DNA from: an archaeon
GTDB taxonomy: Archaea > Iainarchaeota > Iainarchaeia > Iainarchaeales > JANQMZ01
Length of the DNA stretch: 32,000 bases
Assembly (NCBI GenBank): GCA_028279805.1
Contig: JANQMZ010000007.1
Span: 660,001 to 692,000, forward strand
Direction of reading: 5' to 3'
The translations under genes and the position numbers were made by a program. The notes under the pieces were generated by a model. It had not been told where the DNA came from and did not search any database. It saw nothing but the letters and a program-made list of their open reading frames with translations. Of this stretch, positions 15,622 through 23,781 are shown piece by piece (position 1 is the first letter of the stretch; each line of letters starts with the position of its first letter).

Positions 15622-15646
15622 GTTATCATCATGTTTTTTGTTGTTT

Positions 15647-16123
15647 TTATTTTCTTTCCATTCCCAGCAATCCCAGTTTTTTTAATATGTCAAGCTTTGT
15701 TTCTTCTTTTGTTTCTTCTGAGGCTTGTTCGTATTTTTTAGGAATTTTTCTTTTTAATTCCTGTAAAGAATATTCTTTTGATAACTGCATTTTTTCTTCA
15801 AATGCTATAACCAGTTCTGCCTGTTGTTTGCTTAACTCGTTTACATCAATTATTCCCTGTTGTGATGCAAATGAGTTTAAAATTTTTGTTAAAGCCTCTT
15901 CTCCAAGCACATCTTTTTCTTCGTTTATGTTTTGAAAAATTGCCCCTTTCAATGAACCTTTCTGAAATAATAACAGTCCTTCACTTATTCCGTTTTTTCC
16001 TTCAGTTGTTATAACAAGATAACCTGTAAACGTTTCTTTGAACAGGTTTGTCAAAATTTCCAAAATATTTGTTTCTGATAATTTTTTTCTGTTTTCAATT
16101 GTTTTTCCTGCGGGAAGATTCAT
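15647..16123 (-). CDS. Hypothetical protein with a PATAN/DUF4388-like N-terminal domain
   Basis: 158 aa. FTGYLVITTEGKNGISEGLLLFQKGSLKGAIF...VLGEEALTKIL resembles the PATAN-type pattern. The C-terminal part is K/E-rich and ends LDILKKLGLLG. The gene lies 25 nt upstream of minD on the same strand. Confidence 0.4.
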   Translation of the reverse strand: MNLPAGKTIENRKKLSETNILEILTNLFKETFTGYLVITTEGKNGISEGLLLFQKGSLKGAIFQNINEEKDVLGEEALTKILNSFASQQGIIDVNELSKQQAELVIAFEEKMQLSKEYSLQELKRKIPKKYEQASEETKEETKLDILKKLGLLGMERK

Positions 16124-16217
16124 TTTTTCACCTGTTTTTGAGCAATAAAAGTAACAAAATTGTTTTAAAAAGCTTTTTTATTACATTTTTTTTGGTGATT
16201 TTTTGGAAGAAGAAAAG

Positions 16218-16589
16218 ATGTTTAAAAAAGTGTCACAATTAAAACCTGGAAATTATATTTTAATTGAGGGTAATGCGTGCAGAATTAAAAATATTGAAAA
16301 ATCCAAGCCGGGAAGGCACGGAGCAGCAAAAGCCCGTATTTCCGCCACAGGGGTTTTTGACAATCAGAAAAGAAATTTGTTAAGACCCACATCAGCCGAT
16401 GCTGAAATTCCTGTAATGAAAAAAGCTGCAGCACAAGTTGTGGCTGTAATGGGTGATACTGTTCAGATAATGGACAAGGAAAATTATCAGACTTTTGATG
16501 TTAAAAAACCGGATTTTAATGTTGAATCAGGAAAAGAAATTGAATATATGCAATACGGTCAAAATGTTTTGATTGTTAAAGAAAAATAA
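16218..16589 (+). CDS. eif5a: Translation initiation factor 5A (aIF5A), with Arg at the hypusine site
   Basis: 123 aa from ATG 16218; the ORF-track TTG at 16203 is less likely. The N-terminus VSQLKPGNYILIEGNACRIKNIEKSKPGRHGAAKARI and the OB-fold C-terminal domain fit aIF5A. A GGTGAT Shine-Dalgarno-like motif lies upstream. Confidence 0.9.
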   Translation: MFKKVSQLKPGNYILIEGNACRIKNIEKSKPGRHGAAKARISATGVFDNQKRNLLRPTSADAEIPVMKKAAAQVVAVMGDTVQIMDKENYQTFDVKKPDFNVESGKEIEYMQYGQNVLIVKEK

Positions 16590-16594
16590 TTTTT

Positions 16595-16873
16595 ATGTTT
16601 CAATTAAAAAATTTTACTGGAAGGATTTGTTCAGGAAGAACAGGTTATGAATTTTTGCCGCAAAATTCAACCCAACTAAACCTGGAAGAATTGTCAAAAA
16701 AGTTAAACAAAAAAGGAGTTTTTGTTGAAATTGAAACTCCTGACATGCTTTTAATTGATTTTAAAGGCAACGATATCAGCATTTTTAAAACTGGAAAAAT
16801 TTTAATCAAAAACATTGCATCAGAAGCAGAAGCAAAAAAAATTGCAAACCTTTTAATGCAATCCTTAAAATAA
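16595..16873 (+). CDS. Small hypothetical protein (TBP-repeat-like motif)
   Basis: 92 aa, starting 5 nt after the aIF5A stop. The C-terminal half, DISIFKTGKILIKNIASEAEAKKIANLL, resembles the strand-turn-helix motif of TBP-like folds. The antisense 80-aa ORF looks like a shadow ORF. Confidence 0.4.
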   Translation: MFQLKNFTGRICSGRTGYEFLPQNSTQLNLEELSKKLNKKGVFVEIETPDMLLIDFKGNDISIFKTGKILIKNIASEAEAKKIANLLMQSLK

Positions 16874-16948
16874 CAATTTTGCTTCAAAACAAACCCTTAA
16901 ATATTGTTTTTGCTTAATTTACTAAAATTTACTTTCAGGAGGGATTCA

Positions 16949-17617
16949 ATGGTTGACTATGTGGAAGCAATAAAAAAACCTTTTAGTGATGTTAAAACAT
17001 TGGTTTTAGGTTCAGTTATTGCAGCAATTCCGTTGCTTGGCTTGTATGTTGGCGGTTATGCTTTAAATTCGGCTTCATGGGAATTAAAAGGAAAAAAACA
17101 ATTGCCCAGTTTAGGCGATGATGTAAGCGGCAACATAATGAAACTAGTAATGGGTTTAATTATAGGCATAGTTTATGCTTTACCGGCATTTGTTCTGTTT
17201 TTCATCGGAGGAGGAGCAGTTTTATTAGGTGCATTTGGTGCAGGAGCAACTCAGGATCCAAGTGTTTTCATTAACGCTTTAACCAGCGGAGGTCCAATGC
17301 TTTTGGTCGGAGCAATACTTGCAGTTATTGCAGGATTCATTTCTCCGATTGCAGTAATGAGTTATCTGAGTAAGGGAACATTAAGTGCTGCTTTTGCTTT
17401 TGGTGAAGTAATAAGAAAAGCTTTTACCGGAACTTACATTGTAACATGGATTTTTGCAGTTGTATGGTCATTAATTTTTTCAGCAATTACAAGTGCAATA
17501 ATTATTGCAACATCTGTAACAATAATTGTGCCATTTTTATTGTCAGGATTCATTAACTACATTTTACTCGTATCAGTTTACTCAATGTACGCACAAGCAT
17601 TCAAGGAGATCAAATAA
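16949..17617 (+). CDS. Polytopic membrane protein, DUF4013-like
   Basis: From ATG 16949, preceded by GGAGGG. The N-terminus YVEAIKKPFSDVKTLVLGSVIAAIPLLGLYVGGYAL...KKQLPSLGD matches the DUF4013 N-terminal pattern. Four to five TM helices follow. Confidence 0.6.
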   Translation: MVDYVEAIKKPFSDVKTLVLGSVIAAIPLLGLYVGGYALNSASWELKGKKQLPSLGDDVSGNIMKLVMGLIIGIVYALPAFVLFFIGGGAVLLGAFGAGATQDPSVFINALTSGGPMLLVGAILAVIAGFISPIAVMSYLSKGTLSAAFAFGEVIRKAFTGTYIVTWIFAVVWSLIFSAITSAIIIATSVTIIVPFLLSGFINYILLVSVYSMYAQAFKEIK

Positions 17618-17640
17618 TCTCCTTCTTTATTTTTCTTTTT

Positions 17641-18525
17641 CTACATTTTTCTTAATTTTTTAATTCTTTCTTCTATTGGCGGGTGAGTTGCAAACAAGTT
17701 ATTCAAAAAACTTGGCGTATTTTTTAACGGGTTAGAAATAAACAAATGCGATGTGGCTTTGTTTGCAGACTTTAAAGGCTTATTGTCTTGTGAAATTTTT
17801 TCCAAAGCAGATGCCAACCCCTCCGGATATCTTGTCAATAGTGCTCCAGAAGCATCAGCCAAATATTCTCTTTGTCTTGACACTGCCAATTTTATTATTG
17901 TTGCAACAATCGGCGTTAAAATAGCCAAAACCAAACCCAAAACCAATGCGATGGCTGTTGCCCTGCCATCCCTTCTCCCTCCAAAGCTTCCCCAAAAAAA
18001 TGAACGCAGAATAAAATCACTCAGCAAAGCTGTTACTCCGACCAAAACTGTTATAATGCTCATAAACCGAATATCATAATTGCCAATATGGCTCATTTCA
18101 TGGGCAATAACTCCTTCCAGTTCCTGTTTATTCAGTTTTTTCATTAAACCAGTTGTCACACAAATAACACCATTTTCAGGGTTTCTGCCAGTTGCAAAAG
18201 CATTTAATGCATCTGAGTCAATCACATAACATTTTGGTTTTGGCAATCCCGCAGCAATAGCCAAACCCTCAACGGTGTGATACAAGAATGCTTCATTTTT
18301 TCTGTCAACAGGCCTTGCTTTGCTTATTCTCAGAACAAGTTTATCGGAATAATAATATGAGCCCCAAACCATTGCCAACGCGATTATCGTGGCAATAATT
18401 ATTCCAAAAGTGCTGCTTCCAAACAGTAAACCAAAAACCCAGCCTAATCCTATTATTAAAATTATAAAAAATAATGATAATAGAATGCTGTTTCTTTTGT
18501 TTGATGAAATTCTGTCATAAATCAT
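17641..18525 (-). CDS. htpX: HtpX-type M48 zinc metalloprotease
   Basis: 294 aa. It has N-terminal TM helices, the HEMSH zinc motif (GVIAHEMSHIGNYD) and a C-terminal ATHPPIEERIKKL. Confidence 0.9.
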   Translation of the reverse strand: MIYDRISSNKRNSILLSLFFIILIIGLGWVFGLLFGSSTFGIIIATIIALAMVWGSYYYSDKLVLRISKARPVDRKNEAFLYHTVEGLAIAAGLPKPKCYVIDSDALNAFATGRNPENGVICVTTGLMKKLNKQELEGVIAHEMSHIGNYDIRFMSIITVLVGVTALLSDFILRSFFWGSFGGRRDGRATAIALVLGLVLAILTPIVATIIKLAVSRQREYLADASGALLTRYPEGLASALEKISQDNKPLKSANKATSHLFISNPLKNTPSFLNNLFATHPPIEERIKKLRKM

Positions 18526-18531
18526 TTTTTA

Positions 18532-19089
18532 TCAAAATGAAACTTTTGGAACAGTTTTTTCTGCTTCATCCATTTCAAAATATTCTTCCTGTCCAAATCC
18601 GAACATTTGGGCAAAAATATTGTTTGGAAAAACCTGAATTCCGTTATTGTAATTTAAAACAGAATCATTGTAAAACTGTCTTGCATAAGCTATTTTGTTT
18701 TCAATTCCTGACAATTCTTCCTGCAAATTTAAAAAATTTGCACTTGCTTTTAAGTCAGGATAAGCTTCGGCTACAGCAAACAATGATTTTAATGCAGATG
18801 TTAACATGTTGTTTGCATTTGCATTTTCTTCAACTGTTCCCGCATTAACCAATGCCGATCTTGCTTTTGTTACATTTTCAAAAACACTTTTTTCATGTTT
18901 TGCATAACCTTTAACTGTTTCAATTAAATTGGGAATCAGATTTGTTCTTTTTTTTAACTGAACATCAATCTGGCTCCATGCATTTTTAACCCTGTTGCGC
19001 CTGATAATCAAAGAATTAAAAATTGATATTACAATTATTCCCAGAACAACCAGAATTGCTACGGGAATCCAAAAACCCAGAGAACTCAA
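18532..19089 (-). CDS. lemA: LemA family protein
   Basis: 185 aa. One N-terminal TM helix is followed by [37 protein letters not shown]...YPDLKA...[11 protein letters not shown]. The gene lies 6 nt upstream of htpX, a common pairing. Confidence 0.9.
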   Translation of the reverse strand: MSSLGFWIPVAILVVLGIIVISIFNSLIIRRNRVKNAWSQIDVQLKKRTNLIPNLIETVKGYAKHEKSVFENVTKARSALVNAGTVEENANANNMLTSALKSLFAVAEAYPDLKASANFLNLQEELSGIENKIAYARQFYNDSVLNYNNGIQVFPNNIFAQMFGFGQEEYFEMDEAEKTVPKVSF

Positions 19090-19128
19090 AAAATCACCTA
19101 TTTAATTCTGCTCTGATTTGTTTTTAAA

Positions 19129-20598
19129 TTAATCCAATTTTTGAAATAACACATTCCCTTTACTTGTTTTTGCTTCCTGCGTCAAATCAAATCTGCACTC
19201 CTGCAGGCTTTTTCCTTCAACGCCAAGCTGTTTTTGAATTTCTTTAGAACTTGCAGGAATAAAAGGCCATAACAAAATACTGATAATTCTTAAAGAGTCA
19301 GCCAAACTGTACAAAACATTTTCCCTGTTTTGCTCATTTTCCCATGGTTTTTTGTCATTAATGAATTTGTTGCATTCTTTTACAAAACCCATTATTTGTC
19401 CGAGAGCCAGATGCAGTTCAAATTTGTTCATATGATTCCTGATTTGATCCAGCTTTAATGCTTTTTTTAACTGTTCATCTGTTTTGCCTTTTGGAATTTT
19501 TCCATCAGAATACCTTTCAATCATTGAAATTGTCCTGTTTAACAGGTTCCCCAGTTCATTGGCTAATTCATTGTTATTCCGCTCTTTTAATGCTTTTTCT
19601 GAGAAAAAGCCGTCCTCGCCAAAAGGAATTTCTCTGACCAAAAAGTAACGAATTGAATCCAGTTCATATTTTTTAACCAAGGCAAAAGGGTCAATCACAT
19701 TGCCTTTGCTTTTGCTCATTTTTTCCCCTGAATCCGTGTTAATAAAGCCATGAACCAAAACTGTTTTTGCAGGTTCAATGTCTGCCGCCATTAAAATTGC
19801 AGGCCAGATTACACTGTGAAACCATAAAATGTCTTTTCCTATTACATGCGCATCAGCAGGCCAGAATTTTTCAAATTTTTTATCCGGGTAATCAATTCCG
19901 GAAATATAATTGGTTAAGGCGTCCAGCCAGACATACAATACATGTTTCTGGTTTATGGGAAGCTTGATTCCCCAGTCAAAACTTGTTCTTGAAATGCTCA
20001 AATCCTTTAATTCTTTTTTAACCCTGTTAACAATTTCTTTTTGCTTTTTTTTTGGCAGAATTGATTCATTTTTTTCCAAATATTTTAACAAAGGTTCCTT
20101 AAATTCTGATAATTTGAAAAAATAACTGTCTTCCTCAATTTCTTCAGGCTTTGTTTTATGAATCGGGCACAAACCATTTTGCAAATCTTTTTTTTGATAA
20201 AAAGCTTCACAATCAGAACAGTACAAACCAACATATTTGTCCAGATAAATTAATTTTTTTTGATTTATTTTGTCAAAAATCTGCAAAACAACTTTTTCAT
20301 GTCTTTTTTCCGTTGTTCTGATAAAATCATTATTGCTAATGTTCCACGCTTTGCATAATTCTTCAAATTTTTTGGCCTGCACATCCACAAATTTTTCAGG
20401 TTTTAATTTTGCTTTTTCTGCAGCTTTTTGAATTTTTTGACCGTGTTCATCTGTGCCTGTTAAAAAAAATGTGTCTTTGCCTTCAAGTGTTTTCCAACGC
20501 GCAATTACATCTGTCACAAGCTTTTCATAAGCATGTCCCATGTGAGGGTTTCCTGACGGATAATCTATTGCGGTTGTTATGTAAAATTTTTCACTCAT
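19129..20598 (-). CDS. metG: Methionyl-tRNA synthetase
   Basis: From ATG 20598 the protein is 489 aa. It has the HIGH motif (PHMGHAYE), a zinc knuckle (CSDCEAF...CPIH) and KMSKS (EKMSKSKGN). The ORF-track start at 20670 adds 24 unrelated residues. There is no C-terminal Trbp111-type domain. Confidence 0.95.
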   Translation of the reverse strand: MSEKFYITTAIDYPSGNPHMGHAYEKLVTDVIARWKTLEGKDTFFLTGTDEHGQKIQKAAEKAKLKPEKFVDVQAKKFEELCKAWNISNNDFIRTTEKRHEKVVLQIFDKINQKKLIYLDKYVGLYCSDCEAFYQKKDLQNGLCPIHKTKPEEIEEDSYFFKLSEFKEPLLKYLEKNESILPKKKQKEIVNRVKKELKDLSISRTSFDWGIKLPINQKHVLYVWLDALTNYISGIDYPDKKFEKFWPADAHVIGKDILWFHSVIWPAILMAADIEPAKTVLVHGFINTDSGEKMSKSKGNVIDPFALVKKYELDSIRYFLVREIPFGEDGFFSEKALKERNNNELANELGNLLNRTISMIERYSDGKIPKGKTDEQLKKALKLDQIRNHMNKFELHLALGQIMGFVKECNKFINDKKPWENEQNRENVLYSLADSLRIISILLWPFIPASSKEIQKQLGVEGKSLQECRFDLTQEAKTSKGNVLFQKLD

Positions 20599-20844
20599 AA
20601 AACATTTTTCCCGTAAAACCAATAAAAGCTTTTTTCCTTTTTTTTTCAAAAAACCGGTTCTGAAAACCAATTATATTTTTTGTTATTGTTTGAATACTTA
20701 ACTCTTCCCTGTTAAATAAATTTAACATATCAGTATATAGTTTTCCGAGCACACGCTCCTGACACAATTTCTCGATACACATTCAAAAGTCAGTGGAAAT
20801 TTACTTCCCAAACTGCCTTTTAAAAGTATGAAAATGGTATATTT

Positions 20845-22947
20845 ATGGTTAGTTCTATCGGAGCGGAAAAAGTCTCAGAAAGCCCTTTTGTGTCAAAATA
20901 CCAGGCTTTTCTGGATTCAAGCTATAAAAAGGAAATTGAAAGGCTGGCTGAACATTACCCCCAGAAACGTTCCCTTAATGTCAATTTTCAGGATTTGGAA
21001 AAATTTGACTATGAATTGGCGGATTCTTTGTTAAGAGATCCTGACACTCATTTGGAGGCTTTGCAGGAATCTGTTGAAAGAATTAATATTCCTTTGCTTG
21101 ATGAACAGGATTTTAAGCCGCATGTTCGTTTTTTTAATTTGCCTGCTGATGCGTGCCCTTTAATCAGAAACCTGGGAGTAGACAGTTTAAGAAAAATGGT
21201 TCAGATTGACGGTGTAATAAAACAAATAACCGACATTATGCCTAAAATTAAAAATTCAACATGGGAATGTCTGGCATGCGGCAATACTTATAAAATTGCC
21301 CAAAAAGAACATGCAATTAACAAGCCTCATATGTGTGAATGCAAAAGCCGTGAATTTAAACTCATTGTGGAAGACTCCGATTACATTGATTATCAAAAAA
21401 TTTTGGTTCAGGAACCTTTGGAATTGTTAAAAGGGAATGAACAGCCAAGCACTTTTGAAGTTCATGTTTATGATGATTTAGTTAACATGGTTACAGCGGG
21501 AGACAGAATTAAAATAACAGGAATTTTAAGATTAAGACCAAGCAAAAAAAACAAACTTGTTTTTGAAAGATTTTTAGAATCAAATTTTTTGGAAAAAACA
21601 GAGGAAAAATTTGAAGAATTGGAAATTTTGCCTGAAGAAAAAGAAAAAATTGAAGAATTGTCAAAAGACCCTTTAATTTATGACAAACTGATTCAAAGTT
21701 TGGCTCCTACAATTTATGGCCATGATGATGTCAAAGAAGCAATAATAATGCAGTTGTTTGGAGGTGTAAAAAAAGTTTTACCGGATGACCAGAAAATAAG
21801 GGGAAATGTTCATGTTTTGCTTGTCGGTGACCCGGGAGCCGCAAAATCAATGATGTTAATGGCAGTGGACCGAGTTGCTCCAAAAAGTGTTTATACATCC
21901 GGAAAAACAACAACCGGTGCAGGAATATCTGCAACAGCTGTTAAGGATGAATTTGGTGAGGGAGGCTGGACTTTAAAAGCGGGAGCATTAGTTTTGGCTT
22001 CAGGCGGTTTGGCTTTAATTGACGAATTTGATAAAATGGATACACAGGACCGTTCGGCGTTACATGAAAGCCTTGAACAGCAGACAATTTCTGTTGCAAA
22101 AGCAGGCATTGTTACAAGGTTTAAAACTGAGACAAGTGTTTTGGCTGCTGCAAACCCTAAAAATGCAAGGTTTGATCCAATGGATGATCTGATTAACCAG
22201 ATTGATTTGCCTGTCACTTTGATGTCAAGATTTGACTTGTTTTTTATTATCCGGGATGAACTGGACAGAACCAAGGACAAAAATATTGCTGAACATATTT
22301 TAAAAAACCATAAAAGCGGTGAAAATTTTGCACAATCCAAAAAAACAGGAAAATCTTTAACAAAAGAAGAACAGGAAACACTGGAATCTTTGCTTCCTCC
22401 AATTGAACCTGAACTGTTAAAAAAATATATTTCTTATGCCCGTCAAAATGTTTTTCCGGTTTTGTCAAAAGAAGCAATTAAAGCAATTTCAGATTTTTAT
22501 ATTGAGTTAAGGGACCGAGGCAGGGAAGAAGGGCAGTATGCTGCGACTCACAGGCAACTTGAAGGCTTGATAAGATTAAGTGAGGCTTCTGCAAGAGTCA
22601 GATTGGCTGATGAAGTTAAAAAATCGGATGCTGAAAGGGCTATTCGATTATTAAAAGATTCACTTGAAAAAGCGTTTACTGACCGAGAAACAGACAGGCT
22701 TGATATTGATATTCTTACAACAGGCAAAAGCCATTCAAAAAGACAGACAATGAAAGAAATTATGAAAATTGTAAGGGATATTACAAAGGAAGAGGACACT
22801 GCGGTTATTGAGAAAGTTGTATCCGAAGCTGACAAGCTTGGAATAGATGAGGACAGGGCAAGAGATGCCATTAATGATTTGTTAAAACAAGGCGATTTAT
22901 ACAAACCTCCGGAAGGGCAGGGAAGAGCTGTTAAACCGGTTGATTAA
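20845..22947 (+). CDS. mcm: MCM replicative helicase
   Basis: 700 aa. It has an N-terminal zinc motif (CLACGN...CECKSREF), Walker A LLVGDPGAAKS, Walker B ALIDEFDKM, the arginine finger SRFDL and a C-terminal winged-helix region. A TATA-like TTTTAAAA at 20818-20825 suggests a near-leaderless start. Confidence 0.95.
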   Translation: MVSSIGAEKVSESPFVSKYQAFLDSSYKKEIERLAEHYPQKRSLNVNFQDLEKFDYELADSLLRDPDTHLEALQESVERINIPLLDEQDFKPHVRFFNLPADACPLIRNLGVDSLRKMVQIDGVIKQITDIMPKIKNSTWECLACGNTYKIAQKEHAINKPHMCECKSREFKLIVEDSDYIDYQKILVQEPLELLKGNEQPSTFEVHVYDDLVNMVTAGDRIKITGILRLRPSKKNKLVFERFLESNFLEKTEEKFEELEILPEEKEKIEELSKDPLIYDKLIQSLAPTIYGHDDVKEAIIMQLFGGVKKVLPDDQKIRGNVHVLLVGDPGAAKSMMLMAVDRVAPKSVYTSGKTTTGAGISATAVKDEFGEGGWTLKAGALVLASGGLALIDEFDKMDTQDRSALHESLEQQTISVAKAGIVTRFKTETSVLAAANPKNARFDPMDDLINQIDLPVTLMSRFDLFFIIRDELDRTKDKNIAEHILKNHKSGENFAQSKKTGKSLTKEEQETLESLLPPIEPELLKKYISYARQNVFPVLSKEAIKAISDFYIELRDRGREEGQYAATHRQLEGLIRLSEASARVRLADEVKKSDAERAIRLLKDSLEKAFTDRETDRLDIDILTTGKSHSKRQTMKEIMKIVRDITKEEDTAVIEKVVSEADKLGIDEDRARDAINDLLKQGDLYKPPEGQGRAVKPVD

Positions 22948-23309
22948 ACAAAAATAACCTGAACGTTTGCTTCTTCAAATTTTGTTTTCTCTGTAATCGT
23001 GTTTTCCGCTTTTTTTATTTCTGTTTCAAGTTCACCATTTTGAAAACCGTTTATTGTTATTTTAATATTTACAGAATTTTTTCCCTCAGAATTTTGAAAA
23101 AATTCGGGGTCATCAATTTTTTCAATAAAATAAAAATCGTTTTGTTTTTGCAGTTCTTTTAATGTATGATTTTTTAACAAAATCATTGAAAAAGTTGTAT
23201 CTGACACGTTAAAAAATTTTCCCAAAACAAGCGTTGCCATTATAAAAATTATTGACATTATTATCAGAAATTCAACTGAAGCCTGTCCCTTATTCTGTTG
23301 CCTGAACAT
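22944..23309 (-). CDS. Type IV pilin-like protein (class III signal peptide)
   Basis: 121 aa with N-terminus MFRQQNKG/QASVEFLIIMSIIFIMATLVL. It is the last gene of the pilus operon. Its stop overlaps the convergent mcm stop (TTAA). Confidence 0.65.
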   Translation of the reverse strand: MFRQQNKGQASVEFLIIMSIIFIMATLVLGKFFNVSDTTFSMILLKNHTLKELQKQNDFYFIEKIDDPEFFQNSEGKNSVNIKITINGFQNGELETEIKKAENTITEKTKFEEANVQVIFV

Positions 23310-23781
23310 TTATTTGTTCTCCTGTTTTGGAAATAATTATTTTTGCTTTAGGAGTTTCGTTTCCGTTTAAAATGGTAAAACAACTGTTTAAAGAATAATT
23401 TAATTTTATGTTTCCCCTGCATCTTTGAATCTCCCCGTTTTCATCCTGTTCGTATGAACATGATTCAACTTCAGCAGGATTTTCTAATTCTATTACATAA
23501 TCAATTTTTTTCCCCAAAACATCACAATCAATTGATGATTTTTCAGGCACAAAAACCCAGAACGTTTTTTTGCTGTCTCCGCTTAAAGAACCAATTTCAT
23601 TAATATTGTCTGCAATAATGTTTGCATGCTGAATGTTTTGAGCAACTCTTTTTGTATCAAGCAAAGCGGTTGAAGAATTTTGCAAAGCGGGATTTATCAC
23701 AGTAAAAAGGTAAATAAGCATTATCAGTATGATTAAAAGGAATTCAATGGATGTCTGTCCTTTTATATTAAAAACTGCCAT
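23290..23781 (-). CDS. Type IV pilin-like protein (class III signal peptide)
   Basis: 163 aa with N-terminus MAVFNIKG/QTSIEFLLIILIMLIYLF and 4 Cys in the soluble part. Confidence 0.65.
   Translation of the reverse strand: MAVFNIKGQTSIEFLLIILIMLIYLFTVINPALQNSSTALLDTKRVAQNIQHANIIADNINEIGSLSGDSKKTFWVFVPEKSSIDCDVLGKKIDYVIELENPAEVESCSYEQDENGEIQRCRGNIKLNYSLNSCFTILNGNETPKAKIIISKTGEQINVQATE

Noticed and set aside
15315-15935. 206-aa and 93-aa plus-strand ORFs overlapping the minD and PATAN-like genes
   Set aside because: They lie antisense to genes with clear motifs. Their L/F/S/C-rich, low-complexity translations are typical of shadow ORFs opposite K/E-rich coding sequence, and I recognised no motifs.
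16645-16887. 80-aa minus-strand ORF opposite the 92-aa ORF
   Set aside because: The plus-strand ORF is tightly coupled to aIF5A and has a more protein-like composition. The minus-strand ORF has no upstream signal. This remains a judgement call.
20599-20844. Replication origin in the 246-bp metG-mcm divergent spacer
   Set aside because: The spacer contains a 16-bp palindrome (GTTAAAT-aa-ATTTAAC, 20711-20726) and a somewhat G+C-richer core (20745-20810) with only short, partly crossing complementarities. I saw no repeated ORB-like elements and no orc1/cdc6 gene. Archaeal origins normally flank orc1/cdc6, not mcm. Divergent promoters explain the spacer adequately.
21731-22904. Minus-strand ORFs of 67-149 aa inside mcm
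   Set aside because: They are antisense to the strongly supported MCM reading frame, and the translations are S/L-rich with no recognisable domain.
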